Shown here: piece by piece, positions 28,294 to 38,431 of the stretch
Layout: each line of letters begins with the position of its first letter
Numbering within the stretch: position 1 is the first letter of the stretch
Source: Myxococcales bacterium
GTDB taxonomy: Bacteria > Myxococcota_A > UBA9042
NCBI GenBank assembly: GCA_037441385.1
Contig: JBBISH010000017.1
Location: 1 to 64,000, forward strand
Length of the DNA stretch: 64,000 bases
Reading direction: 5' to 3'
Program-made: the position numbers and the translations under genes
Notes under the pieces: model-generated
What the model was told of the DNA's origin: nothing
The model's database searches: none
The model's input: only the letters and a program-made list of their open reading frames with translations

Positions 28294-29523
28294 TCACGCA
28301 CGCTCGAACGGGAAAGCCAGCACGTCGTCGATGTCGCGCAGGCCTAGCAGCGCCATCAGCAGGCGGTCCACGCCCAGCGCAACGCCCGCGGCCGGGGGCA
28401 TGCCTTGCGCCAGGGCTGCCAAGAACCGCTCGTCGACCGGGTACTGTGGCAGCCCGGCCTTGGCGCGGGCATCGAGATCCACCTGGAACCGGCGCCTCTG
28501 CTCGATTGGATCGGTCAACTCACTGAATCCATTGGCTAGTTCTACTCCGTGCAGGTAGATCTCGAACCGTTCCGCCCAGTGCGGCGCATCCGCAAACGGC
28601 CGCGACAGCGACGCCATCGCCAGGGGCCAGCGCTCGAGCACCACGGCCGGCAGATTGCGCAAAGCCGGTTCCACGCGCTCGACCATGGCACGCGTCAAAA
28701 TGTCGGCGGCCGTGTCGCCAGGCTGCACTTCCAGGCCGCTTTGTGCAGCGCGCTTGGCGACCACGCCATCGCTGCGGCAATCGCCCGGATCGAAGCCGGC
28801 AAACTCGCTAATAGCACGGCGGATCGCCACGTTGCGCCACTTGGAATGGGTATCGAACGCCGGCCCCCGACCGGGCAAGGCGCGCAGCGGCGCCCACTGC
28901 GGACCCGCGATGGCCTTGGCGCAATGCCGCACCAGTGCTCGGCAATCGGCCACAATGGTCCGGTAGTCCGTGCCCACCCGGTACCACTCGAGCATCATGA
29001 ACTCGGGGTTGTGCCAGTGGCCCCGCTCCCCCGACCGGAAGGCATGTTGCAGGCTGTAAATCTTGGAGAATCCGCCCGACAGCAGCCGCTTGCAGTGGTA
29101 CTCGGGGCTGGTCACCAAGTAGCGGACGGTGGGCGCGCCGCCCATGCCCTGGCGCAGCTCGGCGCGCACGGCGTCCAAGTGCAGCTCCAGTCCGGGCGAA
29201 CTGGCCAGCATCGGCGGATCGACCTCGCAAAACCCGCGCCGATCAAAGAAATCGCGAATGGCCCGCAGAATCGCCGCGCGCGCCTTCAGCGCCCAATAGC
29301 GGGTGGCGTCGCGCTCGCTCAGACGGTAGAAGTCGCCGTCGCTACTGGGCTCGTGCAGCGGCGCCGGCTCCAGGGGCTGCCAACCGCCTGGCCCTTCCAC
29401 GGCAAACTGCCCATAGCGCGCGTCGCCGCAAAGGGTCCCTTGCACGACCTGGCCGTCGCACCACAGCCACGCCTGCGCCCCCTGGGTGGCCAGCACGCGG
29501 CCAAGCCGCTGAATCTGCTGCAT
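28294..29523 (-). CDS. epmA: EF-P lysine aminoacylase (EpmA/GenX)
   Basis: YLVTSPEYHCKRLL, FRSGE…HNPEFMMLEWYR, ERFEIYLHGVELANGFSEL, GVALGVDRLLM. Confidence 0.93.
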   Translation of the reverse strand: MQQIQRLGRVLATQGAQAWLWCDGQVVQGTLCGDARYGQFAVEGPGGWQPLEPAPLHEPSSDGDFYRLSERDATRYWALKARAAILRAIRDFFDRRGFCEVDPPMLASSPGLELHLDAVRAELRQGMGGAPTVRYLVTSPEYHCKRLLSGGFSKIYSLQHAFRSGERGHWHNPEFMMLEWYRVGTDYRTIVADCRALVRHCAKAIAGPQWAPLRALPGRGPAFDTHSKWRNVAIRRAISEFAGFDPGDCRSDGVVAKRAAQSGLEVQPGDTAADILTRAMVERVEPALRNLPAVVLERWPLAMASLSRPFADAPHWAERFEIYLHGVELANGFSELTDPIEQRRRFQVDLDARAKAGLPQYPVDERFLAALAQGMPPAAGVALGVDRLLMALLGLRDIDDVLAFPFERA

Positions 29524-29541
29524 CTTTGCTGCCTTCTTGCG

Positions 29542-30174
29542 CTATTCGATCGAGAGGTTGTAGGCGCGGTCCAATCCGGTGCGATCGATGGCGGTCCGGA
29601 CCAAATCCCAGATCGCCGGGCTCTTGGCGTGGAACGCGCCGTCTGGTCCAGCCTCGCCGCGGAAAATGCGCAGGCTCGCCGCATCCGTTTCTTCGCCGCC
29701 CGGGATCGCATCGCCGGCCTTGGCGACCACGCGCAACGAATTGGCACCGGGGAACAGGTCTTGCGTCATCTCGACCGTGAATCGCCCAGAGTCCAAGCCG
29801 ATCTTGCGGAACATCTTGCCGTTGACCCAGACCTCAAAGGCGAAATTGACCTTGGGGTTGGGCTCGTAGACCAGCACGTAGCGGAATTTGGGCTTCAGGC
29901 TGGGGGTCTTGGCCAAGGCCAGATCGCTTTGCCCCACGACCTTGGGCTGGCCGTCGCTGCCGTACTCGATCCGATAGCCGGGCGACAGGATCTGCAGATC
30001 GCCATTGGCGTCGAACTTGACCGTGCAGTTGAGCAGGTCGGCGTTCTTCAGGTTGGTGACCTTGACGCCGTTCAGGTAGATGTCGAGCGCCCAAGCCGGC
30101 GCCGTGGCCAAGAGCAGGGTTGCGACCAGCACTGCGGTATGCAACCACTTGAACGACATGGATTTAGGGGTCAT
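29542..30174 (-). CDS. Exported hypothetical protein
   Basis: Signal peptide ending AWA, beta-rich, GGAG SD upstream. Confidence 0.75.
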   Translation of the reverse strand: MTPKSMSFKWLHTAVLVATLLLATAPAWALDIYLNGVKVTNLKNADLLNCTVKFDANGDLQILSPGYRIEYGSDGQPKVVGQSDLALAKTPSLKPKFRYVLVYEPNPKVNFAFEVWVNGKMFRKIGLDSGRFTVEMTQDLFPGANSLRVVAKAGDAIPGGEETDAASLRIFRGEAGPDGAFHAKSPAIWDLVRTAIDRTGLDRAYNLSIE

Positions 30175-30306
30175 GGCACTCTCCAGCGGTGGCCTTGGCC
30201 ACCCCAGTAGCGACGCACCACAGCGGGGAGTGATTCGGTGCGCGCCCGCAAAGGCTGCCACACTGGCCCAAATGGGCCAGAAAATCGCAGATCTGTGCAA
30301 GGGCGG

Positions 30307-31095
30307 CTACTTGCCGGTGGGGTTCAGTACGGCCGGCATCGGGCAGCCCTGATCTTGCCAGCCCGTGCAGATCTTGGGACCGTCTTTGTATGCCGCCAAG
30401 GCGTTGGTCAGGCACTTGATCTCGCCGGACAGGCGCTGGTTATCCAGCGTGCCGCCGGGCGTCAGGTACTGCATGCAAGCCCAACCGCAGCAGGCCTCGC
30501 TTTGCGCCTTGGGCCAGTACTGACACGGCATCAAGAACGATTTGCACACCAACTTGCACTGTTGCTTGGCCTCGCTGAGCAGCGGATCGGTGACCTTGGA
30601 TTCCCAATCGCAGGTGACCGGGTCGACCTTGACCTGGCCGTTGGCGCTGGGCGCCATGCACACCTTGGTCGGTAAGTCGGTGATGACGGCTTTCTCTTTG
30701 TATTCTAACGTCTTGCATAGCTCCCATTGACTGCCTAGCGCCGTGCACGCTGCCAAGTTGCTGCACACCGGCGCGCAAAACGGCGTCTTGGGGCCGGCGA
30801 AGTCGGCCGGCATCTGCACGCACAGCGCCGGCTTGCCCTGCAAGGCCGTATTGTCGCAGTAGTTCTTCACCTTTTCGCCAGGGCAGGCGGCGGTACACCA
30901 CGGGACGTTGGCGTAGTCGCTCTGCAGGCACTCCAGCCCGGCCGCGCATTGCAGCTTGGCATTGCAGGGCTGGCCAAAGCCCGGCAGTGCCGCCGTGGTG
31001 ACCGCCGGGTCGGCCGCGCTGCTGCAGCCCAGCACCGCCCACCCGATCGCCGCCCACCCGATCGCCGCCCACCCGGTCGGCGTGTGGTCTACCAC
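30307..31095 (-). CDS. Cys-rich lipoprotein
   Basis: Lipobox VLGC and many Cys. Signal peptide contains a 15-bp tandem repeat (GWAAI x2). Confidence 0.8.
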   Translation of the reverse strand: MVDHTPTGWAAIGWAAIGWAVLGCSSAADPAVTTAALPGFGQPCNAKLQCAAGLECLQSDYANVPWCTAACPGEKVKNYCDNTALQGKPALCVQMPADFAGPKTPFCAPVCSNLAACTALGSQWELCKTLEYKEKAVITDLPTKVCMAPSANGQVKVDPVTCDWESKVTDPLLSEAKQQCKLVCKSFLMPCQYWPKAQSEACCGWACMQYLTPGGTLDNQRLSGEIKCLTNALAAYKDGPKICTGWQDQGCPMPAVLNPTGK

Positions 31096-31745
31096 CGCCA
31101 GCCTATGCCGGCGGCGCCGTAGGGAGCGACCTTCTGGATCGAATTCTGTTCCAGGAATAGCGCGCCCTTGCTGCCGCCGCTGAGTCCTGTGCCACCTTCG
31201 ACAAAGATGTTTACTCTGGGCAAGCGCACCGAAACGCCAAGCGGAATCGACACTTCAGGCAGCGCATAGCCCAGGCTGGGGGCGGTGTACGCCCAAATGC
31301 CCTCACTCAGGCGCACGGACAGCGGCAGCGCCATCGACATCCACATCCAGCCGCCGCTGGCCTGCAGGCCTAGCACCAGATCGTCGGTCTCGACCAAACG
31401 GGCGCGGACCAAGGCGCCCAGCGCCAAGAACGTGTCGTTGCGCAGCGACAATTGGCCGCCGATGTCCAAGTACTTGAACTGATGCACGTAGGCGCCCTGC
31501 GCTCCTGCCACGTAGGGAACTTCGCGCGTGAAGTACGTCGCGTCGGTCGTGCCCTTGCCGCCGCCTACCGCGAGCGATAGCTGGTTGGGACGTTCGCGGT
31601 CCAAGGGCAGGATCGGCGGCATCGACGCCAGCGGCGCACAGGCCCATAGCGACAGATAGGCCGTAGCCAGCAGACCCACAGCGAACATGGCGTAGTCGGC
31701 GCGATCCGGCTGCTCGTTCCCGCTCAAGACCTTGAAAAAACGCAT
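31089..31745 (-). CDS. Hypothetical lipoprotein, probable small outer-membrane beta-barrel
   Basis: LWAC lipobox-like motif, alternating beta-strand pattern, C-terminal aromatic residue (GIGWRW). Confidence 0.65.
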   Translation of the reverse strand: MRFFKVLSGNEQPDRADYAMFAVGLLATAYLSLWACAPLASMPPILPLDRERPNQLSLAVGGGKGTTDATYFTREVPYVAGAQGAYVHQFKYLDIGGQLSLRNDTFLALGALVRARLVETDDLVLGLQASGGWMWMSMALPLSVRLSEGIWAYTAPSLGYALPEVSIPLGVSVRLPRVNIFVEGGTGLSGGSKGALFLEQNSIQKVAPYGAAGIGWRW

Positions 31746-31851
31746 TGGTCAACCCCCTTCCCGCCTACAGAGGATGCGATAGCCGGAGCGCAGACGCAAG
31801 CTCGGACCATTGCACCCAGCCGACCGCGCTGGCCGGGCGCAAAAAAGGGGC

Positions 31852-31965
31852 CTTGACGACACTCGGCGCCCGTCCTTACCTGTACAATTTGTCGCCAATC
31901 GTTCATAACAGCATGATATTGATGTGATTTTTTCTCTTGACATCCGGCGCGGGCATCCTTGCTTT
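31852..31965 (+). promoter_or_regulatory. Two tandem promoter-like motifs upstream of Hsp20
   Basis: CTTGAC-N16-CCTTACCT (31852-31881) and CTTGAC-N15-CCTTGCTT (31936-31964) in an AT-rich intergenic region. Confidence 0.45.
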
Positions 31966-32055
31966 GGTCGTGGTTGATGCCGGCGCTGCCGCGACAACCC
32001 GAACCGCAATCCTTGGACGCGGGCTGGATAGCCGCGTGAATTCGTGGAGGAAGAT

Positions 32056-32499
32056 ATGACTCTGATGCGCTGGAACCCCTGGACGGACCTGGACACCCTG
32101 CAGAACGAGATGCAGAAGATCTTTGACGCGCGGGCGGCCGAGTCGAACAAGATGATGGGCGTCCGCAGCTTTGAGCCTGCTGTGGACATCATGGAGGATT
32201 CCGACAAGTACACCCTGAAATTTGACCTTCCCGAGGTGATGCTGGCCGACATCCACATCGAGGTCGAGAACCAGACGCTGACGGTGCAAGGCGAGCGCAA
32301 GATGGAGAAGCACGAGGACAAGAAGGGCTACAGCCGCATCGAGCGGGCCTATGGCGCCTTCACCCGCACCTTCTCGCTGCCCAACAACGTCAACGCCGAC
32401 AAGATCACCGCGGTCTGCAAAGACGGCGTGCTGCGCCTGGAACTGCCCAAGAAGGCCGAGGCCCAGCCGCGCAAGATCGCGATCAAGCCCGTGAACTAG
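32056..32499 (+). CDS. Hsp20/alpha-crystallin small heat-shock protein
   Basis: [40 protein letters not shown]-terminal IxI. GGAGG SD. Confidence 0.95.
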   Translation: MTLMRWNPWTDLDTLQNEMQKIFDARAAESNKMMGVRSFEPAVDIMEDSDKYTLKFDLPEVMLADIHIEVENQTLTVQGERKMEKHEDKKGYSRIERAYGAFTRTFSLPNNVNADKITAVCKDGVLRLELPKKAEAQPRKIAIKPVN

Positions 32500-32529
32500 G
32501 GACCGCTGCAGAGGATTTTAGGGAGGAGA

Positions 32530-33081
32530 CTACGGCGTCGCGGCAAGGCGCCAACTTCGCACATCGCCCTCGAAGTGCTGGCCGGCCAGCGATACGTAAA
32601 GTCGGCCGTCGCTGTGGGTCAGCTCGAGGGTGGTGTGTCGGTCGAGGAGCGGAGTCATCGCGTCGAGCAGCTCGGGCGCAATGAACACCACCTCGACCCG
32701 CTGGGGCGCAAACAGCGCTCCACTCCGGGCGGCCTGCTCGAGCAAGGGTTGCTCAGCGGCGGTGAAGATTTTGACCTGCGGGCAGGCCTTGGCGGCGCGA
32801 TGCACACGCTCGGCCGAGGGCGAGCCGACCTCGATCCACTCCACCATCTCCCCGGTGGGCGTGCGGATCGCCAACGCTGGCTCCTCTGTGCTCGACAGGC
32901 CGCCTTTGGAGAAGCTCAGTCCCTCGCCAAAGCGCATGCCGTAGGCGATCAGACGCAACAGCATGAAGCGTTCGGTCTCGGATGGATGGCGGGCCAAACG
33001 AAGGTCCAACTCCTCGTAAATGCCGCGGTCGACATCCGACAAGTGCACCGCAAAGCGATAGAGGGTCGCGGTCAGTGCCAT
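32530..33081 (-). CDS. yaeQ: YaeQ family protein
   Basis: MALTAT…LSDVDR…ARHPSET.R…GGLS..EP…WIEVG.P. Confidence 0.92.
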   Translation of the reverse strand: MALTATLYRFAVHLSDVDRGIYEELDLRLARHPSETERFMLLRLIAYGMRFGEGLSFSKGGLSSTEEPALAIRTPTGEMVEWIEVGSPSAERVHRAAKACPQVKIFTAAEQPLLEQAARSGALFAPQRVEVVFIAPELLDAMTPLLDRHTTLELTHSDGRLYVSLAGQHFEGDVRSWRLAATP

Positions 33082-33087
33082 CCGGGC

Positions 33088-33708
33088 CTACTGTCCCACG
33101 GCCAGGTTGGCCGGAAGACTCACGCCGCGCAGCTGCGCCTTGCCCACTGCGCGGGCCTCGCCCGGACGCAGCGGCATGCCCGTCGGCTCTGTAGCGCCCT
33201 GGGCACCGGCCACTGCCGCGGAACCACCGTGCTTCTTGGCGCGGGCGGCCATTTGCTTGGCACGGCGGGCGGCGCGGGCCTCGGCCTCTTTGCGGACCTT
33301 TTCTTGGCGCTTGGCTTCCTCGGCGGCCAGCTTGGCGGCCTTGCGGCGCTCGCGCCGTTCGACGAACTTGTCGATTGCCGCTTTGGTCGTGCGGACTTGC
33401 AGCACCTGGCCGGGCTTGAGGAGCGAGTCGCTCAGCTGGTTCCACTCGAGCACGGCGTCCACGCTCACGCCCAACTGGCGGGCGACGTCGCCCAGGAACC
33501 GCTCGTCTTCGATGGTCAATTGCAGGGGCTCGGCCACTGGCTTGCTGGGAACCACGTTGCGCATCGGCGTCTTGGACGCCGTGCCTTCGCCTGCCTTGAG
33601 GACGGTCGCCGACAGTTTTTCGAGCTCCTGGCGGCGCTCGCAACCGGCGCCCAGCGTTGCGCCGAAGCAAAAGGCAAGAGCAGCGGCAACTCGTAGAGCT
33701 TTGCGCAT
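33088..33708 (-). CDS. LysM-domain lipoprotein with coiled-coil tail
   Basis: GAGC lipobox. LysM LGDVARQLGVSVDAVLEWNQLSDSLLKPGQVL. Confidence 0.85.
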   Translation of the reverse strand: MRKALRVAAALAFCFGATLGAGCERRQELEKLSATVLKAGEGTASKTPMRNVVPSKPVAEPLQLTIEDERFLGDVARQLGVSVDAVLEWNQLSDSLLKPGQVLQVRTTKAAIDKFVERRERRKAAKLAAEEAKRQEKVRKEAEARAARRAKQMAARAKKHGGSAAVAGAQGATEPTGMPLRPGEARAVGKAQLRGVSLPANLAVGQ

Positions 33709-33927
33709 GGCAGACCTCGACACTCGAACTGGGCCGCACTCCAACCTGGCACCGCAACCCGGACCTCAACGACGAAGCCAAACGCTTGACGGGGGGACGG
33801 AATTGCGTTGGCATGGGCCACGCCCGCGCCGAATCTAGCACCGGCTGGGCGACGGGCAATTATTTCGGTGGAATTTGACGAACACAAGAATAATACAACG
33901 GTTTCTGGCTGCGAGCCCGAGGCCCAC

Positions 33928-34536
33928 GTGGTAGGCGCGCGCTCTTCGGTCGAGCCGCGCCTACCGCTGTGGCTGGCCGTGGCGTTCCACCTCGCCCTGG
34001 TCGCGGTGGCGCTAATTTGGCAGTCGTTTCGGCCGGGTGGCGCAATCGGCTTGGTGCGGGTGCCTATCGAACACATGCTGCCCTGGTGGGGTGCGGCGGT
34101 CGGCGCGTCGTGGCTGCTGGTGCTTGGGCCGGCGTGGCTGGAAGACAAACTGCCGGCGCTGCGGGCGGTTTCGGTCGAACTGTACCAGGCGGTGGCGCCG
34201 ATCACGACGCTGCGGGTGGCGGTGCTGGCGGGGATGTCCGGGTTTTCGGAGGAATTGCTGTTTCGCGGCCCGCTGCAAGAAACGATTGGCTGGGTGCCGG
34301 CGGCGCTGCTGTTTGGCTTTGCCCACGGCGGATTGAGCAAGCGCCAGTGGCCCTGGACCCTGTTCGCCTTGACCGCGGGGCTGCTTTTTGGCTGGATGGT
34401 CGAGTTCTACGGCGCGCTGAGCCCGGCGATGGTGGCGCACATGACGGTCAATGCCATCAACATGCGGCGGTTAGAGCGGTATGCGCCGCTGGCCGAACGA
34501 CCATTGCGGCGCCCGCAGGAGTCCGGCGATGCATGA
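33928..34536 (+). CDS. CPBP (CAAX/Abi) family intramembrane metalloprotease
   Basis: EELLFRG, FGFAH, AHMTVN motifs. Start uncertain. Confidence 0.88.
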   Translation: MVGARSSVEPRLPLWLAVAFHLALVAVALIWQSFRPGGAIGLVRVPIEHMLPWWGAAVGASWLLVLGPAWLEDKLPALRAVSVELYQAVAPITTLRVAVLAGMSGFSEELLFRGPLQETIGWVPAALLFGFAHGGLSKRQWPWTLFALTAGLLFGWMVEFYGALSPAMVAHMTVNAINMRRLERYAPLAERPLRRPQESGDA

Positions 34537-34780
34537 CGACGGCCTCCGCTACGCGGGCTACTTCGCGTTGGACGTGCGCTTGCTGGCGACGTGCGTGGTG
34601 TTCGCCTTGGCGGTGGCGACCTTGGCCGTGGCGTTGCGCTTGCGGGGCCGCCGTTGGGACGAGCACGTTGTCGCGTTTCTGGCTGTCTTTTCGGTTAGTT
34701 TCTTGCTGACGCTGGGGCTGACCAACCTGCTCGCTGCCTACCCAGCGCTGCGGATCGAGTCGCTGTTTCCCGTGCCGTAG
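34529..34780 (+). CDS. Small two-TM membrane protein
   Basis: Overlaps the CPBP gene end, AGGAG SD, two hydrophobic segments. Confidence 0.6.
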   Translation: MHDDGLRYAGYFALDVRLLATCVVFALAVATLAVALRLRGRRWDEHVVAFLAVFSVSFLLTLGLTNLLAAYPALRIESLFPVP

Positions 34781-34813
34781 TCGCGACTTCGCAGCTTCGA
34801 CGGCAGGGATCGC

Positions 34814-37501
34814 CTAGCTCGCCACCGCATCGGCCGGAGGCAGCTCGGCGGGCGGCGCGGCCGGGGCTTGCGGATGTTGCGGTTCGCTGGCTTTTTGCGC
34901 GGCCGTTTGGCGCGTGGGCAGCAGGGCGATGGCGCCACCCAGCAGCATTACAAACGCGCCCAACCACAAGAACCCAACGAACGGGAAGACCACCGCTAGC
35001 AGGCTGACGTGGCGGCCACCGGCGGCCGGGCGCATCGCCAGGTACAGGTCGTGGGCGATGGTCGACTCGATCGCCACCTCGGTGGTGGGCGATTGGTGCT
35101 TTTTGTAGTTGCGCACCTCGGGGAACAGGCTGTGGCCCGCCGCGGCCGGGATCACATCCACGCGGCCTTGGCCGGGCTTGACCTGGGCGCGGGCGTTGAA
35201 CGCCGCAAAGCGGATGTTGGGCAGCGGTCCGGCCTGCATATCGGTCAGGAATTGCGCGCGCTCTTTGCCATTTTCAAAGACGACGTCGAAGGTGGGCTGC
35301 CCCGGCACGGTGTTGACCTTGACCGGAGTCGGCGCGCCATCCTTGGCCCAATCCTTGAACTCGAACACCACGCGCATCACCGCTTGCGGCGCCACCTGCG
35401 CCACTTCCATCACGCGCGTGCCCAGTTGCACGTGCAGCACCTTGTCGTCGGCCAGATCCGCCTTGGTGGTGACCTTGCCAGCGAGCGTAGGGGCAAACGC
35501 GCGGGCGGCAAAGCGTTTGGCCTTCATCGCGTCGGCGAAGTGCAGCTCGACGCGGGCGTGGCCGGGCTCGGTCTTGACCTCGAATGGGCCATAGGCCTGC
35601 GCGGCCTGCTTGGCTTGTTCGATGGCCCGGTCGCTGAGGCGCGCTTCGCGGTCCGTGACCACGACCTCGGCCTTGGTGAAGGCATAGGCCCCATCGGCCT
35701 CGAACCCGTCGGTCGTGCCGGTAAAGGTCACCACATAGCCGCCGATGGGCAGCGCGTCGCCGGGGTGCAGCGGCACTTCGGGTTGGTAGGTGCGGAACGC
35801 TGTGCCGGCAAAGGCCAGAAAACAGAACACCAGGCCCAGGTGCACCACGTAGCCACCGTAGCGGCGCTTGTTGCGCAGCGTCAGCAGGATCGCCGCTGTC
35901 ACGTAGTTCTCGCCGTGGGCCTTCTGGCGGGCGCGCGCGCCCACGTGGAATTCGATCAGGATGGTCCAGAACACGAAGATGCCGAACCACGCGCACACGG
36001 CGCCCCATACTTCGGTCATGCCCAAGCTGTCGACGATCGACGTCAGCGCCGGGGAAAAGCCAGTGTTTTCCCAGATACCCTTGGTATAGGCGCCGTGCAG
36101 CAGCCAAGTGGCCGAGATCGCCAACGTGGCCAGCGACGACACGATCAGCGGGCCGCGGAAGTTGCGCTCGAAGTTCTTGCGGGTCGCCCGGCGCCAGCTG
36201 ATCAGCGGTCCAACGCCGGTCAATAGCAACAAGAACAAGCCCAGCGGCGTCATCACTCGGTTGAACCAAGGCTCGCCCAGCTGGACCTTTTGGGTCAGCG
36301 GCTCCATCGGCAACCCGATCGCGGCAAAGGGCGAAATCACCGCGTTGTACAGGTCTTGCACGGCCTTGGCTTCGCTGATCTGGCCAAAAACCGTGCCCCA
36401 CAGCACCACAAACGCGCAGCCGACCAGCAGCACGTTGTTGAGGACGAAGAACGATTCGCGACTCCACACCGAGTCCAAGTCGGCCTGGGCCTTCAGGCTT
36501 TGCCAGCGCACGCCCACCGCGATCGCCGACACCACAACGATGATGGCCATGTAGACCAAGAAGTAGGGCGCCAAGGTCGAGTCGGCAAAGGCATGCACGG
36601 AGTCGATGAGCTGGGATCGCGTGAGGAAGGTGCCGAAAATGGTTAGCAAAAATGTTAGGCACACCAGCACGGCGTTCCAGCGCTTGAGCATGTCGCGGCG
36701 CTCTTGGATCATCACCGAATGCAGAAAGGCGGTGGCCGTGAACCATGGGATAAGACCGGCGTTTTCGACCGGGTCCCACATCCAGAAACCGCCCCAACCC
36801 AGCTCGGTGTAGGCCCACGCGCCGCCCAGGATGAGGCCGAGCGACAAGAACAGCCACGACACCAGCGTCCACTGCCGCGTATCGCGCAGCCACTGGGCGT
36901 CGAGCTGGCCTGTGACGAGCGCGGCCAAGCCGTAGCAGTAGGGAATGGTGAATGCGATGTAACCGGTGAGAAGGCTTGGCGGATGGATGGCCATCAGCGG
37001 GTTTTGCAGCAGCGGGTTCATGCCTTTGCCGTCGTCGGGACCGGCACCTGCGCGGAACACCTCGAACGGGTTGGACTCAAAAGCCATGAGCAAGACGAAG
37101 AAGAAGATCGCCAGCGACAGAAAACCGGTGACGTATCCCAAGAAACGCGCAGACTGCGAGCGGTTGCGCAAGATCGACCACGAGCCAAAGCCGGTGAGCG
37201 CAGTGGTCCAGAACAGCAGCGCGCCCTTCTCGCCGCCCCAGAATCCGGCGATCAAGTAGGCCAGCGGCATGTCGATGTCGGTGTAGGACGAGATGTATTT
37301 GTTGCGGAAATCGTGGGTAAGCAGCCCGTGCATCAGCACGGCGTCCATGGCAAAAAACAGCATCAGCGCCACGAGCAGACCTTGCCGCGAGGCCGCGAGC
37401 ATGCCCGGCGACCGGCGGATGGCGCCGCCCAGGCCCAGCAGACCGTTGCCCAAAGTGACCACGAAAGCCGTGTAGATTAGCGCTGTTCCTAGTTCGTGCA
37501 T
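34814..37501 (-). CDS. ccmF: Cytochrome c heme lyase CcmF/NrfE, enlarged (~895 aa)
   Basis: MNPLLQNPLMAIHPP, WWD motif WGGFWMWDPVENA, SVHAFA, RRYGGYVVHLG. Confidence 0.95.
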   Translation of the reverse strand: MHELGTALIYTAFVVTLGNGLLGLGGAIRRSPGMLAASRQGLLVALMLFFAMDAVLMHGLLTHDFRNKYISSYTDIDMPLAYLIAGFWGGEKGALLFWTTALTGFGSWSILRNRSQSARFLGYVTGFLSLAIFFFVLLMAFESNPFEVFRAGAGPDDGKGMNPLLQNPLMAIHPPSLLTGYIAFTIPYCYGLAALVTGQLDAQWLRDTRQWTLVSWLFLSLGLILGGAWAYTELGWGGFWMWDPVENAGLIPWFTATAFLHSVMIQERRDMLKRWNAVLVCLTFLLTIFGTFLTRSQLIDSVHAFADSTLAPYFLVYMAIIVVVSAIAVGVRWQSLKAQADLDSVWSRESFFVLNNVLLVGCAFVVLWGTVFGQISEAKAVQDLYNAVISPFAAIGLPMEPLTQKVQLGEPWFNRVMTPLGLFLLLLTGVGPLISWRRATRKNFERNFRGPLIVSSLATLAISATWLLHGAYTKGIWENTGFSPALTSIVDSLGMTEVWGAVCAWFGIFVFWTILIEFHVGARARQKAHGENYVTAAILLTLRNKRRYGGYVVHLGLVFCFLAFAGTAFRTYQPEVPLHPGDALPIGGYVVTFTGTTDGFEADGAYAFTKAEVVVTDREARLSDRAIEQAKQAAQAYGPFEVKTEPGHARVELHFADAMKAKRFAARAFAPTLAGKVTTKADLADDKVLHVQLGTRVMEVAQVAPQAVMRVVFEFKDWAKDGAPTPVKVNTVPGQPTFDVVFENGKERAQFLTDMQAGPLPNIRFAAFNARAQVKPGQGRVDVIPAAAGHSLFPEVRNYKKHQSPTTEVAIESTIAHDLYLAMRPAAGGRHVSLLAVVFPFVGFLWLGAFVMLLGGAIALLPTRQTAAQKASEPQHPQAPAAPPAELPPADAVAS

Positions 37502-37702
37502 GGTCCCGTCCGCGGACCTGTCGGCCCGCCGGCCGGTAGAGTAGCGGAATCCCGTGCCGCGCCCAAGTGTGTCCCGCAAAGCACTTGCGCGCAGGCCGAG
37601 TTGCACCCCGCCGGCACGCCGCACGCGCTGCATTGTGCTTGACCGCGGCAGCGGCCGACCCGACACTACTGGCCGCCCAGACGGGTTCCTTGCCGGGTCG
37701 CG

Positions 37703-38431
37703 ATGAGCCAATACCGCTACGATGCGTCGTTTTTTGCCTATACGTCCGCCTCGAACCAAGCCTCTGCAGAAGCCGTGGTGGCGTTGCTGAAGCAGTGGTT
37801 CCCGCACATCGGCACGGTCGTCGATTTTGGCTGTGGGCAAGGGGTGTGGCTCGCGGCCTGGAACGGTGCCGGCGCGACCGAGGTGCTGGGGCTGGACGGC
37901 GACTACGTGGACCGGAGCCAGTTGCGCATCAACTCGGGCCAGTTCCGCGCGACCGACTTGGCGCTCATGACGGACTTGGGCCGGCGTTTTGACCTGGTGC
38001 AGTCGGTCGAGGTGGCGGAGCACCTGCCGGCAAGTGCCGCCGCCGGCTTTGCCGAAATGCTAGGCAAGCATGGGGACTTGCTGCTGTTTTCCGCGGCGCC
38101 TCCCGGCCAAGGAGGCGAGCACCACGTCAACGAGCAGCCCTACGACTACTGGCGCAAGCTGCTCAGCGAACAGGGCTTTGTCGCCTATGATTGCATCCGT
38201 TCGCGCTTGGCTGGACGTCCGGAAATTCAGCCGTGGTACCGCTACAACTTGGTCCTGTATGCGCGGCCGAACGTGGCGCTGCCCGAGGCGGTGCGAGTGA
38301 CCCGAGTGCCAGAAGGTCGAGTGATTCCAGATATTTCGCCCCGACTCTACCAGCTGCGCAAGGCGGTGGTGCGGCGCATTCCGCCAGCGCTGGCCGATCA
38401 GTTGGCACGCTGGAAGGCGCGGCGGGCTTGA
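37703..38431 (+). CDS. Class I SAM-dependent methyltransferase
   Basis: VDFGCGQG motif I, EVAEHL, SAAPPGQGGEHHVNEQ. Confidence 0.9.
   Translation: MSQYRYDASFFAYTSASNQASAEAVVALLKQWFPHIGTVVDFGCGQGVWLAAWNGAGATEVLGLDGDYVDRSQLRINSGQFRATDLALMTDLGRRFDLVQSVEVAEHLPASAAAGFAEMLGKHGDLLLFSAAPPGQGGEHHVNEQPYDYWRKLLSEQGFVAYDCIRSRLAGRPEIQPWYRYNLVLYARPNVALPEAVRVTRVPEGRVIPDISPRLYQLRKAVVRRIPPALADQLARWKARRA

Noticed and set aside
31035..31075. 15-bp tandem repeat as a phase-variation switch
   Set aside because: The unit length is a multiple of 3, so copy-number change only lengthens the signal peptide.
33928..34536. CPBP/'Abi' protein as an anti-phage system
   Set aside because: The family name is historical, it is a common membrane protease, and there is no defence-island context.
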